Source: Phyllobates terribilis
Lineage: Eukaryota
Direction of reading: 5' to 3'
Length of the DNA: 64,000 nt
NCBI RefSeq assembly: GCF_046119375.1
Contig: NW_027362763.1
Location: forward strand, 420,298,001-420,362,000
Both the position numbers and the translations under genes were made by a program. Positions 16,672 through 26,366 of the stretch are shown here, one piece after another (the first letter of the stretch is position 1; each line of letters opens with the position of its first letter). The notes beneath the pieces are model-generated. The model saw nothing but the letters and a program-made list of their open reading frames with translations, ran no database searches and was not told the DNA's origin.

Positions 16672-16810
16672 ATCGGTTTCCTCCCACACTCCAAAGACAT
16701 ACTGATAGGGAATTTAGATTATGAGCCCCAATGGGGACAGTGATAATGTTTTTAATGCTCTGCAGAATATGATGACGAAATATAAGCAAGCCTAATAAAT
16801 AATAATAATC
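16672..16810 (+). mobile_element. 3' fragment of a tRNA-derived SINE
   Basis: Matches the body and AAT-rich tail of the adjacent minus-strand SINE (CCAAAGACATACTGATAGGGAAT...GAGCCCCAATGGGGACAG). Confidence 0.75.
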
Positions 16811-17090
16811 ATCATCTTTTTATTTATATAGCGCCAACATATTCCGCAGCACTTTACAATTCAGACAATTTACAGATATTATGGACACTGTCCCTATTGG
16901 GGCTCATAATCTACATTCCCTATCAGTATGTCTTTGTAGGGAGGGAGGAGACCTGAGAACCCAGAGGAAACCCACACAAACCTGAGAAGAGCGTACAAAC
17001 TCCTTGCAGATGTTGTCCTTGGTGGGATTTGAACCCAGGACCTCAGTGCTGCAAGGTTGCAGTGCTAACCACTGAGCCACCATGCTGCCC
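16801..17090 (-). mobile_element. tRNA-derived SINE, full length
   Basis: The minus strand starts GGGCAGCATGGTGGCTCAGTGGTTAGCAC (Pol III A box) and contains GGGTTCAAATCCC (B box), followed by a body and an AT-rich tail. Confidence 0.9.
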
Positions 17091-17189
17091 TAAAAATAAA
17101 TAAATAATATCATGCAAAGAAGCAGCAATATATCAAAATAATCCAGAAATGCTGCTGTCTTCTCTGGGCCAAAGTGCTTTTAAAATGGT

Positions 17190-17500
17190 TTGAAGCAAAA
17201 TGGAAAACTGAGTAGTGGTCAAATGAATCAAAATGTAAAAAAAAAATGTTGGAAACCACGGTCGTCATGTCCTGCGGACCCAAGAGAGATCATCCAGCTT
17301 GTTATCACTGCAGAGTTCAAAAGCCTGCTATCTCTAATCATAATCGTTTTCATCATTCCTTGTGTTGGTATCTGTTCCAAGCTCTTGAAACAGTGCTAGG
17401 AGACACAACAAGTCTTCTTTCAACATCACATATAGATGTGCCATCCTGAAGGAGCTGAAGTACATTTTCACCCTGAATAGGCTGCATGTACCGCCTTATG
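17190..17500. mobile_element. Highly decayed Tc1-like fragments in both orientations
   Basis: The minus strand gives ENVLQLLQDGTSICDVERRLVVSPSTVSRAWNRYQ (Tc1 HTH-like). The plus strand has remnants resembling DHPACY..VQKPA. Confidence 0.45.
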
Positions 17501-17608
17501 TTACCCGTAGTGACAAGGCCATTAGCAAAATGCAAAACTAGAGAAGAATCAGCTAGGGTGGATAAGGAGAGAGTTATTATCTGTGACCACCTGCAAAACC
17601 ATTCCTTT

Positions 17609-18234
17609 TGTAATGCTGGTGAGTGTGGACCCACTGCGCCACGGGCCGGGCTTACCCTGGAGGGGCGTAATTAAGTGACTACCCGGTATTCACAAGAGCC
17701 TCTGATGGTGAGGATAGGCTTTGTCGCCAGTAGTTACCAGGTACCATTCCAGGGCAGTCCCCGGGTCTGCAGCAGCTGACCTGGGGTCAGAGGCACAGGT
17801 ACGAGGTACAAAGGAGCGAGACAGGAGCACATAGTCTGACGGTCAGAGCTTAGGGCAGGCAATACAGGATCATAGTACAAAGCCGAGGTTAGGAGCAAAG
17901 AGGTCAGGAAGGACAGGTAAACAAGCCAGGTCATTAATGGGAAGAGGAATTGCATAAAGGTATGCTATTGGGATAGGAACCAACGTTTGGGCGGAGAGTG
18001 GTAGGAGGAGCTGCCTAATAAAGGCCCTGCTAGCACAGGATAGGCCAGAGAAGCCAATCTCTGCAGGACACAATACAGTTAAATTCCTCTCTCTAAACTC
18101 TAAGGCTAAATGAATGCCTTATGCAGATGCAGCAGTGCTGCTTGAGGCAGGCTCAGCGGGGCGGCCTGACGCAGAGAGAAACTGCACGCTGAGTACAGGG
18201 GCGCTGAGAAGGCATGCAAGTCACCTCCGTGACA
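17609..18234. mobile_element. Solo LTR (626 bp)
   Basis: TGTAA...TGACA termini with a perfect 5-bp TSD CCTTT (17604-17608 and 18235-18239). Confidence 0.88.
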
Positions 18235-19449
18235 CCTTTTTTGTGGGTTGATTTGCTGTTGCACCTCCAGTGCATCTGCTGTTACTTTCATTTGCACCAA
18301 AGTAGCATAAATTGATTCACAAACACTTATGCTTCCTTACTGAAAAGATTTGTTACCACCTTCCTGAAATCCACCATACTTTTACAACACATGTTGGATG
18401 AATTTGTATGGAGCTGTACGTGCTCCATACATGGCAGGTGCCGGCTAAGTTATCCCAAAAAAGGCTGTACTTACCAATACCTGGTGACAGCACCAATATA
18501 CTGCAGGATGCAGACAGGCCAAAACTTGTATATTTTTGCCAAAATATAAACTAATGCCTCATGTATTTTTCATTTTTGCAAGATGCAGCCAGGCCCTGTA
18601 GAGCTAATTTTTTAAGGGGAGAAAAAAGGTAGTTTATGTTTCGATGGAGCACTTACATAGTGCTGGGCAATCCGCCTAATTTATTAGTATGGGCGTGACC
18701 AATAGCCTGTAAGTCAGCATGATGCACTACATGTACCTGTGTGACTAGCACCTTATATAAACTTTATCAGTGTAAAAGCAACCACCCCAGAGGCATAGCT
18801 AGGGGTTCAGCTTAGAGGGATGGGGGCGGAATGTCTAAATGGGCCGCTGACCAGGTGAGCATGTTTATAACCACAGTAGTGCCCCCCGAAAGTAGGTATA
18901 AGGGAACCCCAGCAGAAGACCGCGCTATTACAAAAAACAAATATCTATACAAAAACCAACACTGATATTACCTCCATTTGGAAACGTATAGTGGTAGATA
19001 TCAGTCCTGCAGAACATATACGACATTACAGTGCAGTCACATATAGTAACTTACAGCTGACATTCTTTCTGATGGAGTTGTTCCCTTCTTTTCCTTCTCC
19101 AGCCACGAATCATCTGCAGAGTTTAGAATTAAGACAAATTTGATTTCTCACATTACCAGCACCATCCCCATCTATTCCCAATCTGCACAAACTCCTAATC
19201 CTGCTGATACCCCAATGCTGAGCCGCTGCTGGCTTATGTGTCCCTATTGCTGCACCTACTGTGTGGCAGAAAAAACATTCTCCACTTGGTGCTCCACGTA
19301 ATAGTGCTCACCGGTGTATTTCTTACATCGCAAAATTTTCCCAGAGTTAATGGCCTGTGTAAGTATCCTAGAAAACAGCTTTGACGGTCAGAATGTCCTA
19401 ACTGTCCCTATAACACGAATGCTTCTTAAGTGTCCAGTTAATATTTAAT

Positions 19450-19825
19450 ATTGTCCCCTGAGTCCCCCCCCATGCACAGCTCATCTATATACAGTGTGAT
19501 GTCCTCACAGCTCCCCTATATACAGTGTAATGTTCTCAGAGCACCCCTATATACAACCTGTTGCCCCCACAGTACTCTAAGCATGGCGTAATGCCCCACA
19601 CACAGCAGGATGTGCCCACAGCTCCCCCACACACAGCATGTTGGACCCACAGCTCCTCCACACACAGCAGAATGTGCCCACAGTCCCCCCCCCACACACA
19701 CACAGCAGAATGTGCCCACAGTCCCCCCCCACACACACACAGCAGGATGGGCCCACAGTCCCCCCCCCCCCCCCACACCGCAAGATGGGCTCTAGTAAAC
19801 ACCCCCACACTGTATGATGGCACAT
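19450..19825. repeat. C/A-rich minisatellite inside the hAT element
   Basis: Repeated (T/G)CCCCCACACACAGCAG(A/G)ATGTGCCCACAG-like units. Confidence 0.8.
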
Positions 19826-20044
19826 CATACAGTACACATAAAGAGAAAGTGGGAAAAGTCTCCAATAAAAATAATTCTCACTTTATTTGTGCAAAATATT
19901 AAAATATATAAAAGTCCATGATAGCGGAGATGCAATCTCAAATCATATAGTAGTCAAAGAGGAACTTTGGAACCAGGAATAATTAAATGAAAAGTTGCTT
20001 TAGCATGAAGTGATATTTTAATTCATCCCCCACCAATGTGTATG

Positions 20045-20091
20045 GATAATGTCCTACGTTTCGGCCATGCTGGCCTTTATCAAGGTATATC
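20045..20091 (-). ncRNA. Penelope-type minimal hammerhead-like motif (U3-A8 variant)
   Basis: The minus strand reads GATATACC TTGATAA A GGCC AGCAT GGCC GAAAC GTA GG ACATTATC: core, stem II and a palindromic ACGT stem III are present, but stem I is weak. Confidence 0.5.
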
Positions 20092-20268
20092 TGTGTGAAA
20101 ACAGTGTATACATTGTCAAAAACAGGATGTACAAATTATTTACGTATATACAAAGATATGATCAGAGAAAATCTTTCAATGGCCAATGATCATAACCACA
20201 AATTACATGTTAATCGTATAAAGCAAAAGTTATATAAGCAGAATGTGGTTTTGCGTATAAAAGGTTAA

Positions 20269-20635
20269 AGAAGTTGTCCACTACTTTTACATTAATGCCC
20301 TATCCGTATTATAGGGCATCAATGTATGATCCGCCGGGGTTCCACACCCAGCATCCCCACCGAACAGCTGCTATTGGTGCCGGCGGCGGCATCTGTAGTG
20401 GCTGCCGCGGGGTACTTAACATCCACCTCCTATTGAATTGAATAGGAGGCGGATGTGCAGTAACAAGCGTTGGCCACTGCAACTTGACGGCCAAGCACCG
20501 CAGGTAAGCACTTGCGGCCGCCGCCGGCACTGATAACAACTGATCGGCGGGGGTGCCAGGTGCGGGACCCCGGCCGATGATACATTGATGCCCTATAATA
20601 CGGATAGGGCATTGTAAAAGTAGTGGACAACCCCT
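20269..20635. mobile_element. T2/Kolobok-family MITE nested in the hAT element
   Basis: TIRs of about 65 bp (AG(A/G)(A/G)GTTGTCCACTACTTTTACA...GCCCTATCCGTATTATAGGGCATCAATGTAT), with TTAA on both sides (20265-20268 and 20636-20639). Confidence 0.95.
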
Positions 20636-20844
20636 TTAAGAGAGTATCTTCATATGTAGATGGGTGTTAGGTATTGACTGATAATATTCAGAAAGGTCAG
20701 AATTTAATAGATAGTAGGAACGATATCCCTATGGAACAAACAGAGAGGTAAGTATATTCCGGAAGAGATAGGTGCACGAAAAATAAAAAGCAATCAGAAT
20801 AAATGAAGATTAGAAATATAGAATACATAGAAAAACACTGTATG

Positions 20845-21025
20845 GTAGCCCCTCCACATTGTATGATGGCCTTCATTAGCCCCCACATTGTATGATGGCC
20901 CCATGTAGCCTTCCCATTGTATGATGGCCCCTGTTGCCCCCACATTGTATGATGGCCTCCACAATGTATAATGCCCCCAGTAGCCCCACCCACATTGTAT
21001 GATGGCCTCTAGTAGTCCCCATAAG
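20845..21025. repeat. Minisatellite of CACATTGTATGATGGCC units
   Basis: About six imperfect copies. Confidence 0.8.
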
Positions 21026-21971
21026 TGCTATTAAAATAAAGAAAACATTGCCTACACCGTTAACCCTGGATCCTGACAAGTCTGCCATCACACAGCTGCA
21101 AGGCAGACCAACGCAGTGATATCATTGCACCCGGGCACATAAAGAACTTCAGTGTCCCAGCACGATGATGTCATCACATCGCTCCACCCAGGACGCACCC
21201 AATGCGGCAACCTGCCGTTCTGCAGCTGCATGAACTGCCCTCCTGTAGCTATGCTACTGAACCACCCCTTCATGGATGGTAGGCGTGTTGGTTGTTGATC
21301 AGTATTGTGCTTCTGTGCTACCACCTCTGCCTTTTATCATGGTGCCCCGTCTGCATTTTACAGTATATTGGTATTGTGACCAGGTATTGGTGAGCGTTAC
21401 CTTTCTTCTGTGATGTTTTTTGGATTTGATGTTGATGCAGCAACCACAGTTGGCTCCCATAGCTGATATTTTACCTCTTAAATGCTGCTGTAAATCACTG
21501 ACAGAATGGATGTGATTACATGGCAAATGCTTGACAACCTGATGAACATTACACCAAGTGAATAGGATTCTTACCTTGCTCTTTTATTCTAGTTGATCTG
21601 TTGGTACATCCTCTTAAAGTGCTTTAGTTCTGAAGTGAAAGATCACGATCGTACACTAGTGTAACAGGGTGATAGAATAATATTGTCTCTGTTCTTGTGT
21701 GCAATATTGATAGTTTTGTCTACAATAAACGGACATCTCATCACTAAGGGTCACTTACTGATTTAATTTGCCTTCAGTAAACCATTGTACTTATTACATA
21801 AAAGCTCTGAAGTAGTGCCCTAACTCTATTTTGTCCTTGTCCTTTAAAGTGAATTGTGATTTTTTTTCCTTTATCTTTTTTAAAGGGTCACATTTGTATT
21901 TCTTTTATGTTTCAAAATATAGCACTTCATAGCCACTTTGTCATATAGATTGTTACAAGCTTTAATCTTAA

Positions 21972-22300
21972 AGGGAAACTGTCACGTCCAAAAATAGGGT
22001 TTATCTGCAGGTACATAGCGAATTAATCTTACCTGCCTGCCTTACTGAAGAAGCGGCTGCAGAAAGAAAATGAACTTCTATTCTTCCTGTAACCACTTTC
22101 TTCCAGTCATCGGAGCAGTGCAGGGAGTGGTTACAGTCACTGCTTACTACACATTCAGCCCACTGTAATCACTCTGCAGCTTCTTGATTCTCTGCAGTGT
22201 ATATGCAGCTTATATGTTCAGAGCAGGCTGTCAAAGTGCCTCTAATTAACTGCAGCCCCTATGACTGAAAGCTAGTGACTACATAATAGAAGGGGGTAGA
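21972..22300. mobile_element. T2-MITE left-end fragment
   Basis: TTAA followed by AGGGAAACTGTCA, similar to the 44401 MITE end. No matching right TIR found, so the right boundary is approximate. Confidence 0.35.
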
Positions 22301-22536
22301 GAAAGATTGAAGGGAAGAGACGTATGCACACCAATTATTAAACACTAATATAAAGTTTATTGAGTATAATGGCAAGACAAAAAATCAACACAAACAGAAA
22401 AAACATTAAAAACGTATAGCGACTTGAAAGGCTTGGATATAATAATCCAATTAATACCCCTTTCATCATACAATGTCAGTATGATAATATTACTTTTATT
22501 GGATTTATGCATATTCCATGTATAAGTTAATATAAC

Positions 22537-23146
22537 TGTAACACATATGCCGGCACCCATGTATGGTTCCCCTTCCTTCTCCATGCAGGGAAGCCACCAT
22601 AATCAACACCCGAGCTGCACAGTGACCTCCCCATCTCCTGGCATGTCTCCTGTGCACTCCACACAGGCTTCCCAGCAGCGTGCCCTCCTGTTCTTAAAGT
22701 GGCAGTGCATGCACCTTGAAGATGCCCCCAGCCAATAGCTAGGAGGTATCTTGTATAAAAGGCACCCTCCCCAGTAGGGAGGTGCCTGAGCAACTCCTGT
22801 AGTTTCCTTACATCTCTTGTGTGTGCAACTGTATGTTGCCTGGTCCCCCGTCCTAATTTGGTGAAGTTAGTTCGGTATCCTATTACTGTGTAGTGTGTAA
22901 GTTACCCTGAAGCCACTAACTACAGTTTAGACAAACTGTGAGGCACAAGAGGAGGTGGCATTTGGATTTGGGAGAACAGTTAAGCTGGATTTCTTTTGGT
23001 GGGAGCCACATCCCTTTTCCAGAGCCTTTGTGCTACCAGTAATGTGGATGCTCCCTATATTTCTGTTAACAGATGACGAACCTGAGTGGGGACTTGTTTT
23101 TTTGTGGGTTGAGTACAAGCTTTTATTGGTGGTATTTTGGGGTACA
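22537..23146 (+). mobile_element. Probable solo LTR
   Basis: TGTAAC...GGGGTACA termini and a TATA-like TATAAAAGG near 22755. Flanks TAAC and GAAC give only an imperfect TSD. Confidence 0.45.
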
Positions 23147-23156
23147 GAACATTTTG

Positions 23157-23540
23157 GATCACATTTTTCTTGTTCTCTACGCTGAGCACTTACATCAGGG
23201 TTTCCATCTAAATCTACAAAATATGTGATTCGGATGAAACCCCAAGGGATCCACTCACTAATGAGGCAACAGAGTTACTCTGGGCTCTATCTGGCCTCTG
23301 TTTGGCGGTATCTGGCTTTTGAGAGGTGCACAAAACTGTGGCCGACTGTGTTTTTATGCACGCCTAAAAAGACGGACCCCACCGGATCATAGGCCAGACG
23401 GTGTCTACAGTGTCTCCATCTGCCTCGTTATAGGGAATCTTCCATTGGGGGTTCCATCTAAATCACTTATTTCAGATATTTACATGGAAACCCCGGTGTA
23501 AGCCCTCAGCGTAGAGCACAGGATAAGTGTGAGCTTAGCC
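23157..23540. mobile_element. Palindromic MITE (Harbinger-like)
   Basis: Inverted arms CTCTACGCTGAGCACTTACATCAGGGTTTCCAT and ATGGAAACCCCGGTGTAAGCCCTCAGCGTAGAG. The right end TGTGAGCTTAGCC is followed by TTA; the left terminus is decayed. Confidence 0.7.
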
Positions 23541-23559
23541 TTACTATGTTCAACAAACA

Positions 23560-23945
23560 AATAAACATCAGGTGAAGAATTGGTTTTATTTATTTTTTAC
23601 GCTGTTCCTCGTGCGGTATAAGTGATTCGACGACTTTATTCTTTGGGTCTGTGCGATTACAGCGATACCAGATTTATATCGGTTTTTATGTTTGCTAGCT
23701 ATCACACACTAAAAGATGCTTATTTTTGCAAAATAAAGTTTTTTGCATCTCCATATTTTGGGAGCTATAATTTTTACATATTTCTGGCAACAGAGTCATG
23801 TTGTGGCTTGTTTTGTGCGCAAGTTCACGTTTTTATTATTACCATTTTCGGGCACATAACTTTTTTTTATTGCTTCCTATTCAGATTTTTGTGAGGCAGA
23901 ATGAACAAAAACCAGCAATTCTGGAATTGTTTTTTTGTTTTTTTT
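23560..23945. mobile_element. Large non-autonomous repeat, copy B, left part (host of the L1)
   Basis: Colinear with 11900-12245 (TTCCTCGTGCGGTATAAGTGA ... GAGCTATAATTTTT ... GAGGCAGAAT). It breaks at the T-rich tract where the L1 inserted. Confidence 0.85.
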
Positions 23946-24459
23946 AACATTCTTTATTTCTGAATAAAGTATTGAACACAAAATATCGAATATACACGAC
24001 AAGTAAACAGTTGTACTGTACAATGATCAGAGGTACATAGGTCGTGTTGATACATTAAAAGGACATAGTAACATAAAAAACGGAAAAAACATAAATAAGG
24101 ACAACAACATAAACAAGCTCGCAGCCCAAGGAGTAGGCATCAAAAAAGAAATAAGTAAGAAACAAGAATAAAAAGTGGTCAGACATATGAGTAAAGAATG
24201 ACATATGAATATAAGATAAAATAAAATAATTGCAGTCAAGTAATCCTGTAAAGGAATAGTAGGTCTCTTAAGGCTTAGTGACATAAGAAGGTAGCAGTTG
24301 ATAAACATACTCGACCAAGGGAGTATTTTATTTGCAGATGGGTGGGGGAGTGGATGGGGATAGTCAAAAGGGGAAAGAATAGGGACTGAGAATAGAAAGA
24401 GTATATAACAGGAGATTGACATGGTTTACTAGGAGGGAGCAGGGAGACCAAGAAAGAAT

Positions 24460-25520
24460 TTAATCCTCCTGGCTCCATTGGCTCCAAACGTTAGTAAATT
24501 TGGGATGACTATAGGTTTCCCAGTTGGTGAGTTCCTCTAAACGCTTAATCATATTTACTTTATTTATCCATTCGGAGTGAGTAGGGGGAGATTCTTGTTT
24601 CCAATGTAGAGAGATCAGTTGTTTTGCAGAACCCAACAACAAGGGGATCAAGTCATGGTTTTTTGGCTTGTAATTATCTGTGGGGCAGGATAATAGAATT
24701 TCTTTAGGGGATAATGAGTGTCTTATCAGGCCTAATTTTTTAGGGTCGTTTCTATTTTATTCCAAAATGGTCTAATCTTAGAGCATGACCAAAAGATATG
24801 TGTCATGTTACCTACAGCTAGGTTGCAACTCCAATATAAGTTAGAGTCACTCAGACCAAAATGGTGTAATAATTCCGGGGTTCTGTACCAACGCAAAATA
24901 ATTTTATATGAGTTCTCTTGTGAAGTTATACATCTTGAGAAGCCATGTGCATTAGAAAGGATGGAGTCAGTTTCCTCTTCAGACAGTGTAATATTTAATT
25001 CCTTCTCCCAGGAATATATGAAAGTGGCTTTTTGAGAGAACTGGGATAGTGTCAAATGGTCATATATATTTGAAATGCCTTTGGAAAAAGGGAAAGAAAG
25101 TCTACTTAACATGTCAATCCAAGAGCCTCTATTGTCTAATGTTATGTCTAATCTCTAATGTTAGAGAATCTAGTTCTAAACTGGGAGAAGATATGAGAGA
25201 CATGATTGTGTTGCAAGAAGTTTTTGGGTCGCGTCGAGGTACCAATTGGCCAAGAGTCCAGCATTTGAAAGGAATTGCTTAATAGAATAATTTGGTAGCT
25301 CTGACAAGAGGTTATAAGAGTCTGTATACTTGGGATCTAGAAAGTATGGGATAGTAGATATTGGAGCATCAGACATAGGGATAGTGTCACCGTGGAGTTC
25401 TTGAACAAGATTACGTTTAATAGCCAGAGAGGTGGATGTAATGGTATTCCTCGACATCCCAGAGACAGGAAATACATCTGCCCATATGAACTTATGGGGG
25501 TTGTTACCTAGTAGAAGATA
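24460..25520 (-). pseudogene. ORF2: L1 ORF2, C-terminal part
   Basis: Fragments 25176-25562, 24732-25112 (WEKEL, ILRWYRTP, C..MTHIFWSC) and 24460-24651. Frameshifted. Confidence 0.88.
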
Positions 25521-25525
25521 CTCAA

Positions 25526-26366
25526 TGTAACGGGGCCGGGAGGTGGAACCTCTGAGCTGCAATACAAAGGGGAAGTCCTTGTAAGGAAGCGGGTGACTCC
25601 CAGGGAAGGCAAGCAGGTAGCCACAGCAAGTGACGGGGACAGTCTCTGGGTAAGCAGGCAGGTGGTCACGGCAAGTGACGGGGACAGTCTCTGCTTAGAC
25701 AGGCAGGAGGTCACGGCAAGTGACGGGGACAGTCTCTGGGTAGACAGGCAGGAGGTCACGGCAAGTGACGGCAGGATCTCCAAGCAGGCTGGCAGAAAGC
25801 AATCAGGTGCTCCCAGGAGAGCGGGCAGACAGACGAGGCGGATACCTGACAGGTAACTGGCGGGCGCTCCCAGGTGAGCGGGCTGACGGAGACAGCAGGT
25901 AACAGGCAGGTAACTGGTGGACGCTCCCAGGTGAGCGGTCTGACAGACGAGGCAGATGACAGGCAGGTAACTGGTGGACGCTCCCAGGTGTGCGGTCTGA
26001 CAGACGAGGCAGGTGACAGGCAGGTAACTGGCGGATAACAGGCTGGCTGGCAGGACAAGAAGTCAGGCTAGCAGCGGGACCTGAGGGCTGAAGCACAGGA
26101 AGACACAGTGCAAACAACTTTGCTCGGGCACCTCCATTTTGGAGGAGGTGCCTTATATATGGGAGATCCTCCAGCTATTGGCCGGGGACTCCTTAGGACG
26201 GCGCGCGCGGCCCCTTTAAGAGAGAGGGAGTGCGCGCGCCCTAAGCACAGTGCCAGGGAAGCAGCGTGCGCTGCCAGCAGAGCGGGAGGAGGACGCCGAG
26301 CATGGAGCAGAGAGGTGAAGGGAACGGCGTCTCTGCCTAGCAGGAGGCAGAGACGCCGATGCTACA
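25526..26366 (-). repeat. 3' LTR of Gypsy 1 (841 bp)
   Basis: Direct repeat of 37261-38146. Contains internal 45-bp and ~57-bp tandem units and a TATA at about 26153-26160. Confidence 0.97.

Larger units (their letters stand above)
18788..21259. mobile_element. Non-autonomous hAT element (2472 bp)
   Basis: Imperfect TIRs CAGAGGCATAGCTA / CAGTAGCATAGCTA and a perfect 8-bp TSD AACCACCC (18780-18787 and 21260-21267). Confidence 0.9.
18462..21402. mobile_element. Old T2/Kolobok-like MITE split by the hAT insertion
   Basis: A ~60-bp diverged inverted pair (18462-18530 vs 21345-21402; core CAGTATATTGGT..TGT.ACCAGGTATTGGT.AG). Both arms start AGG, but the TTAA TSD is not preserved. Confidence 0.45.

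Noticed and set aside
17020-17090. tRNA gene
   Set aside because: The A and B boxes are followed by a SINE body and tail, and no complete cloverleaf is evident.
19516-19902. Gly/Val/Cys-rich and Pro/His/Thr-rich ORFs
   Set aside because: They are translations of the C/A-rich minisatellite.
18470-21395. Two 26-nt micro-exon-like units (CAG|TATATTGG...GGTATTG|GTRAG) on opposite strands
   Set aside because: They are inverted copies of each other flanking one insertion, so they are better explained as MITE TIRs.
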